A stretch of DNA of 64,000 nucleotides from Hydrolagus colliei. Its lineage: Eukaryota. A program made the position numbers and the translations under genes. The stretch lies in NCBI GenBank assembly GCA_035084275.1, contig CM068750.1:9920001-9984000 (forward strand). The letters are read 5' to 3'. Position 1 is the first letter of the stretch, and the number at the start of each line of letters is the position of its first letter. The notes beneath the pieces are model-generated. The model worked only from the letters and a program-made list of their open reading frames with translations. It had not been told where the DNA came from and ran no database searches. This document shows positions 38,806-51,816 of this stretch, one piece after another.

Positions 38806-39889
38806 TATAGACATTGATATTAAACACTTTTGTTCCTCAGCTTCTGAAGCTATGGGAATGTAAATGAGGTGAGGGTTGAATCATGCTGGACTAATATCTT
38901 GGGGGTTTCATTAGTTTGGAATGAGACTGAGTGCTTTGCCTTCATGGTTATCTTTGGTTGGTCACCTCCTTCAGATTAAATATTTAGGGTAGAATCCACG
39001 ATAGAGAAAATGTAGTATGGTCTGTAAGCGTCCACAATACTTTAGAACCAGATCTTATTGAGTACATACAGGATATTAAAACTGATGTTTATATTCAATT
39101 ACATTAAGGATCAGACATCCTCCCAACATGAAAGGCCCTATGTGAATGTTAGCTGTGTAGTGCATTGTATTGTATCAATTCCAATGCTTGTCTGTTCGGA
39201 ACTCCAATGCCTTATTTTGGGAGCCTGACTTTAGTGGAGGAGTTTGAATACCTTTAGTGCTAGATTTATGTAACCTATTTAAATAGAACTGCGATAATGC
39301 TATCATGTTGGCTTTGTTGAGAGAAAAATAATGAGTTGTTTTGCCTGTTTATGTAATGTAATGTGTCTGAAACAACCATACATATGCAATTTCCGATGTA
39401 CAAACAATGGCATTCTTTCTTGTACTACATTTATTCCAAGAGTAGGTCATTTCTTATATTTAGTAAAGTGATTCTGTTTGAATCATAATATTGTTTGGTA
39501 CTTCCTTTGTGGAATCATGCTGGTCCAGAGCTAGGTATCTCCAGCACATAAAGCATAACATCATGAAATTGAGCCATATATATTGTATCTATTTTTAAGC
39601 ACTGAGTAATGTGCATGAAAATCTATGTGATACTTGACTATGAGAGGAGACAAACAATGGTAGAAATTTTCTAAAATTGCTACTCTGAACCAGAAATTGT
39701 ACAGTTAACTTATTTGATTGTGTGCAATGGATTTAGATGTCTATTCCACATTTAGCATTACGGTAATTCCTGCAAACCTATTATTGGCCTTCACGTGTTG
39801 ATTTACAAGAATGATTCACCCAAGATTTTTCTTCTACAAATACTGAGAATGCTATAGAATAGTTACTATTAAGTGCACTGATCATGGTT

Positions 39890-40151
39890 TTGGTGGCAAA
39901 TAAATCAACCGTGTCCCACAAAGAGCTAGGAGGTGAATGACCAATTTAATTAGAAGAGTTAAGACATGGGGAGAAACACCCTTCTCCTTTCAATCCCTGT
40001 CATGAGATCTTTAATATCAACTGAAGAGATAAACAAGATCTTGGTTGAACATTTCATCTGAAGGAACTTCCAAGCTCAATGCTTCTGAAATGAGACTTGA
40101 ACCACAACTTTCTGATTACATATGTGCAACCAACTGAGCCAAGCTGACACT
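39890..40151 (-). mobile_element. Deu-domain SINE, internally deleted
   Basis: 'tgtcccacaaa...gtcatgagatctttaatatc...ttggttgaacatttcatctgaagga...gacttgaaccacaacttctga...ccaactgagccaagctgacac'. Confidence 0.75.
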
Positions 40152-41711
40152 TGTGCATCCATTTAAAACTGACACTTCATTTTGTTTTACAAATCCACAC
40201 ACACAAAAAGTAATTGCACGCATTATGGGCTTCTGTTTATGAGTTTGTTGTGTCTCTACTGCATTCTCCTCTGCACTCATACAGCTTTACATCCTATACT
40301 CTGAAGAATCTCTTTATACTCGCAGCAAATGTAGTGAATTTAATGTCATGGGGGAATTCTAAAGCTTCTATTACACGGATCAACTGAAAATAAATGCACT
40401 AGTGAGACCTGATCAGCACGTTTCAAAATTTATATTAGAAAAATATAGATGTCAAAATGAAATTTATGTAACATGATCATTTAATTCAATCCTGAATCCA
40501 GAAGCAGTTCTGCAATAGGTAAATTATAAATTGTTTAATAATTGGCACTTATATAGTAAACTAGGTGTTTATATTTTAATATATTTTATTGAAAGATGGG
40601 AAATGCAAGTATATAAAACTGACAGGAATTTGATGGATTACTTTGACACAGCATAAAATTAAAAACCGGATTTAACAATCACTGAAATTTGATCTTTTGA
40701 AATGAATAAAGTTGCTGTTAAGCTAATTTGACCCTGTCTATTATGTAATACAGTTTCTTGAGGATTCAACAAGGTTTCAAGATCATGAAACCACAATGAT
40801 TGTTGGACTATTGAATATGTGGCACTTATTTTTCTAAAGTAAACAATTTGCACTGAAATGCTGATGAAGAACGAAGAGATGAGGGTTAAATGTAAAATAA
40901 TAAAATTATAATACTGATTGAGAATTAAAAGAAGGGTGGGCTGGAACCAATGTTGGTGAGTTTGTTGCTGTCAAAATATTTTGTAATTGAGAGATGATGG
41001 CAAAAGTATCAGACTGGTGATAGTTAAATAGTTTTCACATGACATGCAGCTCGTGTTACATTTGTATGCTCCAGGTCACTCCTAAGAGTGCAAGACACTG
41101 GGTTTTATCCAAGAAACTATCACAAGAGAACCTCTCCCAGCCTGTAAAGTGCACCTTTTTGTCAGTGTGTATTCAAGGCAATTCGCATCTGTGAGGCCAA
41201 CAGAAAATTGTGAAAATAGATAAAACAAAATCTAAACAGAATGTGGCTGGTAACAACTGATCTCACACCTACAACAAAACCTTTGCTTTCTTCAGTAGTG
41301 CGACAATGTCTGTCCAGTATTGTGCCATGCAACATCTGTAAATAACCATTCAGTTCTGCCAACTCCTGGCATCCAGACGCAACATCAAAAGCAAGTACAA
41401 AGTATGATCGTGCCATGCTTTGGGTTTCGATTCTTGAAGATTCATGGGCTGTGCTTTCATATCTGTACATTTCTGGGTAAGTATGGATACCAACCCAGCG
41501 TGACAGAACACAATGAAGCAGTGCAAATAAATTGCTTCAAGTTCTGTACTACAAAACAAAAAATTATTATAAAGTGCATAATATTCTGGTTGATTTTTTA
41601 ATGTAATTTGGTTATTTCAATGATTCCTTCCATTTCAATGTCATTATAACAGTCAATGCATTATCCAATTTTCGTAAAAACGCCATTATTTCCAACAAAT
41701 ATACACATGTA

Positions 41712-41890
41712 GAGAGTGGTGGTTAGCACCATGTCTTTTAATCTCTGGGGCTTAATTCAAACCCAGCCCAGACAATGAACGTCTGGGATGAAAGTCTCTT
41801 CTCTCTAATGGCTCTCAGGGTTCTAAGTGAAATAAATTTTGTAAGTCTCCAATGTAGTTCCCAGTGGATACAAATGTACAGTGCCAAAGT
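41712..41890 (+). mobile_element. LF-SINE-like relic
   Basis: 'tggttagcacc...tctctgggg...ttcaaacccagcccagac...gaaagtctc...atggct...gtgaaat...gtctcc..tgtagttcccagtgga' follows the LF-SINE consensus order as I recall it. Confidence 0.6.
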
Positions 41891-42003
41891 ATACACAATG
41901 CACTAGTGTTTTGCATTAATATGGTTATCTTAGTCAAAGCATATTTAGGAGGACCATTTTACAAAATATGCACATCACTCTGGTCCAGTAGGGTTCTGAC
42001 CTA

Positions 42004-42325
42004 TTAATAATAATAATCCTTGTATTTGATATAGCGCTGTTCACATTTTATCGAAGTCTCAAAGCGCTTCACAGAATATACTATGAAGTGAATTGACTGT
42101 ATATTTATGAGGTGAAACGTGGCAGCCAATTGTGCACAGCAGTGCCCCATAAACAGCTGTGGATTGAAATGACCAATTTTTATTGCTGTGATTTTTTGGG
42201 ATGGATTATTATCAGGCATGTGGAGTGAGGAAACTTGCCCAATGTTTCGCCTTGATCTGCCTGGATTCGAACACAGGTCTCACACTTGTAAGGCGAGTGC
42301 TCTAACCACTGAGCTACAGGAACTC
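42004..42325 (-). mobile_element. Full-length tRNA-derived SINE (subfamily B)
   Basis: The reverse complement runs from 'gagttcctgtagctcagtggttagagcactcgccttacaagtgtgagacctgtgttcgaatccagg' to the (tta)n tail. Confidence 0.95.
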
Positions 42326-44349
42326 ACTTACAGGTAAGGAGTGTAATGATTTGCCTGGCATCTAACTTTGCACTATTCAAAATCCTTGCTTGACTGAACC
42401 TGCATCCAATTTAAGATAGAACCAGCAAAGAGCAAATTTGCTCAGTCCAATGCAGCTGTAACATTCAAACCTACCTACTGGATCTCCAAGGTCTAATTAG
42501 ATGCCAAATAATTATATGACTACTTACTTTTAGTAAGCTGCATTCATGCCAAAAGTTTGAATTCTGGTGGATGCATTCCTTTTCTTTTGGCTCTCAGGAC
42601 TTGACATTAGACATGGTGGGATCGCAGTTCAATTCCGAGTGGGATCATTAGTTCATTGAACAAAACTGCTGATAACTTAGTACAATCATTTGTCTCAGCT
42701 GTACAAATGCCGCCAAGATTGGTTCATATGGGAAATGGAAATATCCAACTGATGCTGGGATGGATATAAATGAATGGGTATTAAGGTTTTGATTGAAATA
42801 GAAAAGGTTGACCTCGCATGTACATAATCACAAAAGGGACCCCCAAATCCTATTCATTTAGTACATTTTGATGGTTTTCTTTTGGTCAAAATTCAGCTGT
42901 CTAGCTTGGCCCAAAAGTCTTCTATGAATAGAACAAATTCAAGAGAATAAATGAAAGGTAAAGAAAAGCAATGCTTTAATATTTAGAATAAGCATTTTAA
43001 TTAAAATTGGTTTCTCTGAGAGGATTATCTGAATTCTCTATAATCATTAACTATTAATATCAATTACAAGTTTTGTATCATTCACTTGCCTATTTGGATC
43101 ACTTGCCTGAGTGGGCAAATGCAGCAGAGAGTTCAGTTGGCTGGTGATATATCCAATTGCCCATGGCAAGTGGGCACTGGTTAACACAGAGCCCAGGGGA
43201 AGCCTCAAACCAGTTCTGAGTAGATGCAAATCCACAGCATAAAACTGGCCATAATTAAGCACTAATTGACACTAATTGGGCAATCTCATTTGGATAAGGC
43301 ATAAGGATGACTGGTGCTGGAAATTGGAATGTGGAATGTTAGTCGTGCCGTAAGGATTCTCTTCTGTGGTTAGGATTGGAATGAATTGTAATCCAATGTA
43401 GACAAAATGAAAAATGATTAACTCATGACTGTCATCACACTGTACACATTGACGAATTCGAATATATATAATACATATATAGACCCATATTTCACTTATA
43501 GTTGTGCACACATAGTTCTTTGTTCATTGTTTGATTTTATTTTAAATGCATGGAAGGCATTACTGTATATAATATATCTTTATAAATGCATGCTATTGTT
43601 TTACCTTTTTGTTTTTGGCTGAGAGTATTTTGCAAAGTCACTAAAGCTTTTTTTTGAAAGAAGCCTGAAATATAAAACACTGTCCAGCCAAGTTCATAAA
43701 GTAAAGTATAATGAACCAATAACCAAATTTATTGCAAATTTAACAGAAATATGTGGAACGGAGTTTCTTTAACTTTCCCTCTTCTGGGTGACCTCCAGTG
43801 AGACCAGAATGACACTTGAGGTCAGTGACTGCTCAAGGTAATTATGTTGGTTGTTGAAACAAAATCAGAATTGAGTTCCTGGTTAACTCATCACACTTCT
43901 AATCTCCGCTCTTCCTCGATTAATGCAGGGTAATAAAAGGCAACGAAGGAACAAATCAGGAAAACCAGTTCGGAATCCTTGTCTTGTTGTTCCAGCAACA
44001 TCTGTTAGCAATTGTAGCAGTTTCTATTTAAAGTGAGCTTAACTTGTTGACAGTTATAAGAAATGAATGAAAGTCAATGGGGCTGTTTCTTTGGAACAGT
44101 CTAGTCTCAACAATGAAGTTACCCTGAAATCTTCATTCAAATATATTGGTGATTTTTTTTCAAATGTTGATTTTAGTCTATTAGCTCATCAATTCTCGAA
44201 ATGGCCCTGCATATCTCATCATCTATTTACAATACAAAATAGCATTTCTGCAGTGGCATCAGGACGATGTTCCAAAATGTTGGATTGAGAGTTCTGCTCA
44301 GGTCAAAATGGAACATGAAATCCCTTTTATCCTTTCAGCCACCCAATCA

Positions 44350-44612
44350 CTCCCCCACCATGTTACTGGTATGATATTTTCCATTCCACACAGTGGCCAC
44401 AAACATCAGAAATCGCAAGACATCAGATGCAAAACTCATTGTTTGATTTGCCCTCCTTAGCCTGGGAGTATTGTGTGCCGTTACTGCTGCATTGTCTGAA
44501 ATAGGCTGGGTCAGCACACAACAGGATGAACCTGGGTCTTTCTGAATACTGTATTTACTGCTCAACTTCACTTTAAGAGAGGCTTTGCCAACTGCACCAT
44601 CGGGGAAGCTCT
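44350..44612 (-). mobile_element. Ancient tRNA-SINE relic
   Basis: Antisense head 'gatgaacctgggtctt...ccaactgcaccatcggggaagct' and body 'ccctccttagcctggg...tcagcacac', complementary to 31265-31420. Confidence 0.55.
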
Positions 44613-47600
44613 CAGTGTTTGCCAGCTGAATCTTTTGGTTATTTTTCAGCCTTGTAGGATTCTCCAGGGTTTGAAATAACAGCCTGGTGGGTAAGAGCAG
44701 TGCTTAGTTTAGAACCAAGTTCTAAGTACTGTAAGAAGGTTGGAGATTTTGATCTCATCCTGTGCTTAGCTGGCTGATCCCAGCTAGCTAGGAATGACAG
44801 TGGAGGGAATACAGCAGGACGCATCATTCTTTGAATAAGGGAAGAGAATATCAGTGAAGGTTATTATTCCTGTAGCTCGATTTCCTCTCCCCCACCCCAT
44901 TTCCCCCTCTTTCTCCCCCTGTTCACTCCTTCTCCACTTTGGAACCATGTAGATGAGAACAGGATAATCCTGTCGACCTTCAGGATTGAGGTACTGGCAG
45001 GCAACCAGAAGCCAGGCAATCACAGCCCAGCAATGGCTTCAGGGCAGGAAGGACTGGGAGAACAGAAGGAAAAAAACTGTGCAATCCTTTTTGTTCGAAA
45101 GATTTGCTTAAATAAATTAAATATTTAGAATCGTAAATGATACAGACACACGTGCAGGGTAGTCAGTAGGTTAAAATGGCTTAAACTCTGCCAGGCTGGA
45201 TTTAAATTTATGTCAGCACAGCAATTTATTGGGAAAACACCGGAAAGTTATCAAATATTCCTGTCTTATCAGATGGACGTTAGATGCACCAATTGTAATC
45301 CATTTCAAGGTAGATTAATGCATTGGAGTTGTCAGAAAACAAAACCAATGGCTCAATAAATACGTTTACTTTGTATACTTTAAAAATGGATTGCAAGATA
45401 ATAAAACACAGTTCTGTGATATATTTCCATGCCTATACTGGGATGTGAATCACAATTGGATTCTTTGCACCAAATTATTTTTTCTTTACTGCCTTCAGAG
45501 ACCGCAAGCTATACTTTGAGCACAGTGATTCTATACAGTAAGCCTTAGAACCCAGAACAGAAATACTTCAAAGCAAATAGTGTGTGAATTATTAAGATAA
45601 AATTGCTCGGAGCAGTCAGTAAATTACTTCAGTTACATATGCACAATATTTTACAGGGTTGAAGTGTGCATGCTTTGAGACAGGACAAAAGAAAGTGTCA
45701 ATCATCAAGCTCAAACATCATTTCTAACAACAAAAACTTCTAGTGTTTGGTAACTAAAAAAACATTTTGCAGAGACCATGGCAGGGAAATGTAGATTGTT
45801 ATACTATACAGAGGTGGACAATTTTACATGCGGATACATTTGTGTTAAAATAATGTTACATTTTCCAATAAAGGCTTACTATATGTCTACAGATCTGTCT
45901 GCACCAGTAAGTATACTATATATTGAATTACTTTTAATATCCAGCTAAATTGAGGGGTTTTTTTTCTTTCAAGATTTTATTTCAATGCATGACAATGCAG
46001 CCTGAAACTTGGCTGAGTTGTCATTAGTAAAACTAAAATACAATTAAATAAGTGAATCAATATGTAAACCACCTTATCCTTTTTAAAAACTAAATGTTTT
46101 AGGGGAAATTAACTTGTTGCTCTATATTAATAGATTCTATTGCATGCTAAAACAATTCATCAGAGACATGCGTAACTCTATATTAAATTATTGTAGGATC
46201 AGAATAACTAATATAATATATTTGAAAATCTAATCATACGTTTTTGTCAGATGTACCCAATTTTTAAGAGAAATACTAACCCCGGACCCACTCCACTCAT
46301 GGCCATTGAGGACTGTCATCGGGAATATTGTTGCTCAGTGCTACTTTGAATCCCTACAGTTTCTGAGAATATACAAAAAGGGACCAAAATCTTTCTTATG
46401 AGATAATATATTTCAGGGAACACAGGATGTGAGGCTTACATACATTTCTGGAAAGACTTGTACATTTGTCCAGCTCGGTGATAGTTAATGTATGTTGACT
46501 ATCATGAGTGGCTGTTGAGGGTAATTTGGAAAATGAACTAGAGCCAAACCTATTGAAGTTCAAACTGTAATTAAATTTGCTGATGCAGAACAAAAATACT
46601 AAGTAATAGCATAAGATATTTGGTTTTACATCCAGAGAAGGACAGAAATGGTATCTGCTTTTGGCAGGACATCATTTATCTTGGGTTTTGTTTAGAATCC
46701 AGCTGTTAGTTAGTGCAACATGCTTGGCTTTGTTTTGACCCCATGACCACTTTTAGTATTAAACGTGGATACAACATGAGGAAAAATGTACAATTCCAAT
46801 TTATATTCTTTTCATGGAAGAAAATGACTTCAGAAAATGGGCACAGAATTTTCACAAATGCCTCAATAGATTTTAATGGACTGCACAATTCTTTGTAAAT
46901 GTCTAAATCATACTTGCTGAAGTTTGTGTATCCATTTCCCTCTCTCTTTATTTATGGCTGACCCATGAAATAACATGGGCAGCAGCGGAAGGCTTTTTTT
47001 TTTCCATTTGGTATTTGCGGCTAAAGTTGGAGACACGTCCTTGCTAGCTCTTAACAAAGTTCAGACACCAATTTTATTTCATTCATCTTATTCTTGCAAT
47101 ATCTGCTGGCCTCCTTCCACTCAAAACAATCACAAATGCCATCTCACGAATTGGTCAAACAGCTGTTTTGCTAAATCTTGTAAACTGATGGTCAAATTGC
47201 TTCTCGCTATACTAGAGCTGGTTTTGGTAGACATTTCGTGAGTTTCCATTTACTTGATTTTGGCATTAATGTGGGGTCAGCATTCTATGTGTTTGGGAAA
47301 ACCCGGGCAGGCCTTGTGAAGGGGGAAGGAAATGTAATTAATTATCTAACCCAATTGAAGAAGTATGATGACTCTTATTACTAAATTCATTTTTTTTAAT
47401 GCAGTTTGATGGGTCATAATGGCTACATATCTAAATGCCTCAAATGAAGAAAGATGGTAATTGTTTTGTGAATTCTATATCCTGTATATTATGTATCCTT
47501 GCGACTCCCCTTTACTGTATTTTATAATGCAGATAATTAATGAGAAAGGATATAATTCTGATCTCATAACGATTGCGGTTATTAGATGCTGAATAAAGTC

Positions 47601-48641
47601 CCTGTTCCGTGTGCAAGTTCCTTGTGAATCTCGGTAGAATTTCTCTTCTCTTCACTCAGTGGAACTCGCTTTGTTGAATCCTAATCTGCTATGAGACAAA
47701 TTAATAATCATTCGCTGGTGTGATGTATTTTCATTTAAATTCCTTGACATAAGATTAATATTGGGTCTTAATTCTTCAGCACAAAAGTTGTGTGGCAGTC
47801 ATAAAATTTAAAGGCATGAACAAGACAATTGAATATGCAGAGCTGTCGAATTAAAGTGATTTACAGTGTCAAAGTTCTGACCTGTAAGACTATTTGCCAG
47901 TAGCAAATCTTCAGTCCCTTTCTTTCACTCTGACTAGAACAGTGACTTAAGCATGCAACTGATACTCTTGACACACTTCACACTTGGTGTGGGATAGGAA
48001 AAAGATATTTTGAAATAAAGAAGCAGGGTTATGAATACAGAGCCTCTCCTCTGCCCTTAGATAATAAACCACTGTGCTTCAGCCCCATCATTGTTTGGAT
48101 GATTTTGTAGGCTATTTCCTAATTATGTGACCAGACAAAACTACCATAATAGTGGCACCATTCTTGCAATGCCTATCTCTGTAGTTTTTGTATTAGTGCT
48201 AATATATGTGTATAATCATGCTGATAAGAGTGGTGACAGAAAAATAACTGACAGCTACGGACTTCAGAAATGGAATGGATAAAAGAATCTCTTTTTTTTG
48301 CCCCTCTGCCACATCAGACAGTAGAGTGCATGTCTGTTCTCTGCATGCCACATTCTACTTTACAGAGTCAGGCAGAAGCCTCTTATTCATCTTCTAGAAA
48401 AAGCCCATCAAAGATCCTTAGACACAAGCAGATTGTTTCTTTGCATAAAGAATCAGGGCCAAAATCTTTGGGAATATCAGAACTTTGCTGATAGAATTTC
48501 TGGTAAAGCTAGAAGTAATGAAATTTCTCTCCTTTAATGTTGGTGATGTTGAGGACAGAAGACATAATCATCAACTATTTTTCTTTTTCGGAATTTTTTT
48601 TCTTGGACATCACTGTAATTATCTTTGTCATTTTTTTACAG

Positions 48642-48728
48642 CTGGATCCAGAACATGCGACTCCCCTGGCTGGGCTATTGAAGAGCTTGCTTCAGCTGCT
48701 CAGTTCTCTTACTGTGCTTGTTAAGAGG
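48642..48728 (+). CDS. Candidate internal coding exon, 29 codons: LDPEHATPLAGLLKSLLQLLSSLTVLVKR (amphipathic helix; gene not recognised)
   Basis: Strong acceptor 'tctttgtcatttttttacag|', donor 'agg|gtaaag', length 87 nt (phase 0/0). Only this frame is open, and GC rises sharply against the AT-rich flanks. Confidence 0.6.
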
Positions 48729-49404
48729 GTAAAGCTTTAAACATGTTGGGGCATAACTGATAGAAAATTCTTATTAATATGTATTAGCTGTTTGTGTAGA
48801 TTGTGTAAAACATGAGAGAGTCTCCAATGTTTTAAAAACGAATAACTTGTATCTAAAGATCTTTAAAAGAATTTTGAAATTTACCCCCAAAATCAAGGTA
48901 TGGCAAAAACAATATTTTACTGATCTGCTCTGTGAAATAACCTGTTATTTGCAAACCCTTGAGGACTTGTACCTCCTGTTAGTTTAAAATAGATTGCTTC
49001 TGTTCATGTCCTGTTTATTTTGATTGTTTCCAGCTATAGCTGCATTGTCCATTTCCTTTTTCACCAGCTACATGTTCAAATGTGTACCAAACCCAAAGTA
49101 CATAATCTTTTTAATTGCCATAATTATATTACAATTTTCCCTTCAATAAGTATTTATATTTTATTACTCTGATTTATTTCTCTTGCTTTAAACTAGGCAA
49201 GAGTTCACATTAGTCACTTATTGGCTGTGAATTTATTAAACGACCCTATAAGTGACAACCAGGTTGTAACAGAAAGGGCTGCAAGATGGTTAAAAAATGC
49301 AGAAAAGTGGTTTTGAAATTGGGAATGGGAAACAATGGGTTGAAGAAATCAAGGTGCTTACCAATATGCTGAACTGTCAGTCACCTACACAGTTCACCTA
49401 TACA

Positions 49405-49515
49405 CCTACACAAAATACACAGTTATTACATTTTGCAGCAAATCCTGTGAAGCGCTTTGAGACGTTCTCCCAGAAGTCACAAGGTACTATGGCAAGTACA
49501 GTACAAGGATACTTT
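49405..49515 (+). mobile_element. SINE 3' tail fragment
   Basis: 'cacaaaatacacagt...ctgtgaagcgctttgagacgt...aaggtactat...acaaggatac'. Confidence 0.6.
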
Positions 49516-51439
49516 TATCAACTTTCAGTGAATGGAGTTCTTTCAGTGAACTAAGTTCTTTCCATGAACTTTGCAGTGGAACAGAAGAGCAATGTGCTTC
49601 CTGTCTGAACTGAAGAAATCTTAATCTGTTCACCAATTTATTGGCAAGGAAAGGATATGTTTGAGAGAAATTAGCTTGAGCAGGGAGGGAAGGAAGGAAG
49701 GTGCACGAGGTATCAGTATTTCTAAGGTAGTCCCCTGATCATAAGGAAACCAGTGGTGAACTAATCAGTTATAAGGGAGTAGTTAGTCTGGTTTGCAACA
49801 TAACTGCTTAACGTAACTGCTGCAACAGCAAAAAGGTTTCCATGATGAGAAATTTGAGGAAAAATGAGTGGAATGCCGAGCTCAGCGTTATCATTCAGCC
49901 TTGTGAATCCAAAGGACCTTGGCACTTAACCCAAAGAGTTTGTGATGATTTTGTTTTGTATGTAATTTTATTCAATGTTGATAAAAATAATGGAGGTGGT
50001 CATTTTTATTCCTCCATTCTTCTCAAACACACCGATGATAACACAAGCTCGCTGTAACATCTGTATCTCACAACGGCTTAAAGTCTCTTATAGACGCACA
50101 ACCTTCACAGGGGAGATTTGTGAAAAATTGGAAGGTGCCAGTGTGCCCTTGCAGAGTCATAATTCTTTTGAAAATCAGCCCCAACTTTCCTTTTATAATA
50201 ATGAAACAGCACAATATGCTGTCAGAATTCCTGACAAGCAGTGCAACGTGCTGACAACGTTCCTGTCAAACAGGACTTGAGAAAGAAAATCCAAGGGGTG
50301 TTTTGCAGCTGGTTGCAAGGCAAGGATGAAAAATATTATCCGGAGCGTAAAGCCTTCATTATCGCCAGTTAACCCTTCAGCTTTAATGCTTTAAAAGACT
50401 TAAATTTACATTCCTGCACCAAGAGAGAGAGAGAAAAAAAAATCTACTTTTGACTGAAGCAATGTTCTGTGGTTCTAATCAATTATGTCATTTGACTTTG
50501 TGATCAGTTCTGTAAGATGAGAGCAAGTGTATTTCAAATGACACTTGACAAGCAAAGGGTTAATCAAAGTTGATGAGCTGATGGCTGCACAACCAATTAC
50601 CCTCTTCGAACTTGAAGTTTTTTTTCTTAACAAGACCAGGTCCTAACAAATACCTAGGTGTGCCTGAGCTCATCTGCAGAGTGGATCATATCTGGTCAAC
50701 TGCATCCAAGATCAAATTCAGGTTATGGAGAGAAACTATTCAGTGAAATCCGCTAAAAACTGTGATCTTCTTAAAACAAAGAAAACAGATGAATTTTGAG
50801 GGTTTGATCATTACTTTCTCTGCTCTTCAGCTTTCCTCCAGCATAGAGAGATTCTACGAAGCAGTAGTCGTAAAGTAGCACACAGAATGGATCTGAGAAC
50901 ATTTATTATGCCTCCAGTCATTGTGTACCCAGTACTACTGCTCGCTTTGTGTCTTGTTCCTCAGTTCCATATCTGCTGACCTTTGTGGTTTCTGTGATAT
51001 ATGTGTACCCACTAAATTGTGGAGTGTGCATGAATCAAAATACAAAATTTGACTTAACTGCCCCCAAATATTAAAACGTACACTGTAAGTAATCAATACT
51101 GCATCAACTATAGATAATGCAATCTAGAGTTAGTTCTTTAGTGTCACTGAATGTCATTTATATGCTTTCAGTGTTGCAGGTGGATTGCAGTTCCTACATG
51201 TGTTTCCTGAACTGATTGACACTAAACCTGAGTTTTGCTATCCAAATCTCAGGACCCAGCACCAGCTGAACTAGCTCCAAGGTGACATACTTGGCAACGG
51301 AATGTCAGAATAAAGCCAACCATCTGTGATGGCTTTGGTAGTCTAGTTCCTGAGCCAGGTGAGGTCACGGTATTCCAGGGCACTTCTGACAATAGTACAG
51401 CCAGACTCCTCATCATCAAGACTTGGAAAAGCAGACACA

Positions 51440-51476
51440 ACAAAACAACAACAACAAAATTACATTTACAGACACT
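51440..51476 (-). mobile_element. Very short type II tail (antisense)
   Basis: 'acaacaacaacaaaattacattta' is the reverse complement of 'taaatgtaattttgttgttgttgt'. Confidence 0.45.
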
Positions 51477-51630
51477 GGTCTCTTCCCATCCAGCTCTTGT
51501 TAACCCTGAAAGCCAAAACCCTCATGGGTAAAATAAACCTAGCTGGAAAGCAGGAAGAAAGCTTACCAGAAAGTACTTTCAATGGCAAGCAATGTGTTTT
51601 AACTGGTTGAACTTTTGTGGTAACCTAACA

Positions 51631-51816
51631 CAGACTCTGGGTTCCCCAAATCTTGACTCTTGCCAAATAGCACCTAATAACTTTCTGGTATTTAATAAGC
51701 CTGGTGCATTCCTCCAGGGAGAGAGTGCACATTCCATTCCATAATACAAGCTTTTTAAGCACTCTGGGATGCTCCTGGTGTGAAAGACAGTATATGCATC
51801 AAATTGTGCTGTTGTT
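51631..51816 (+). mobile_element. Old SINE 3' half, homologous to 63363-63584
   Basis: Shares 'cttgactcttgccaaa', 'cctccagggagaga.tgcacattc.attcca' and an L2-like tail. Confidence 0.7.
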
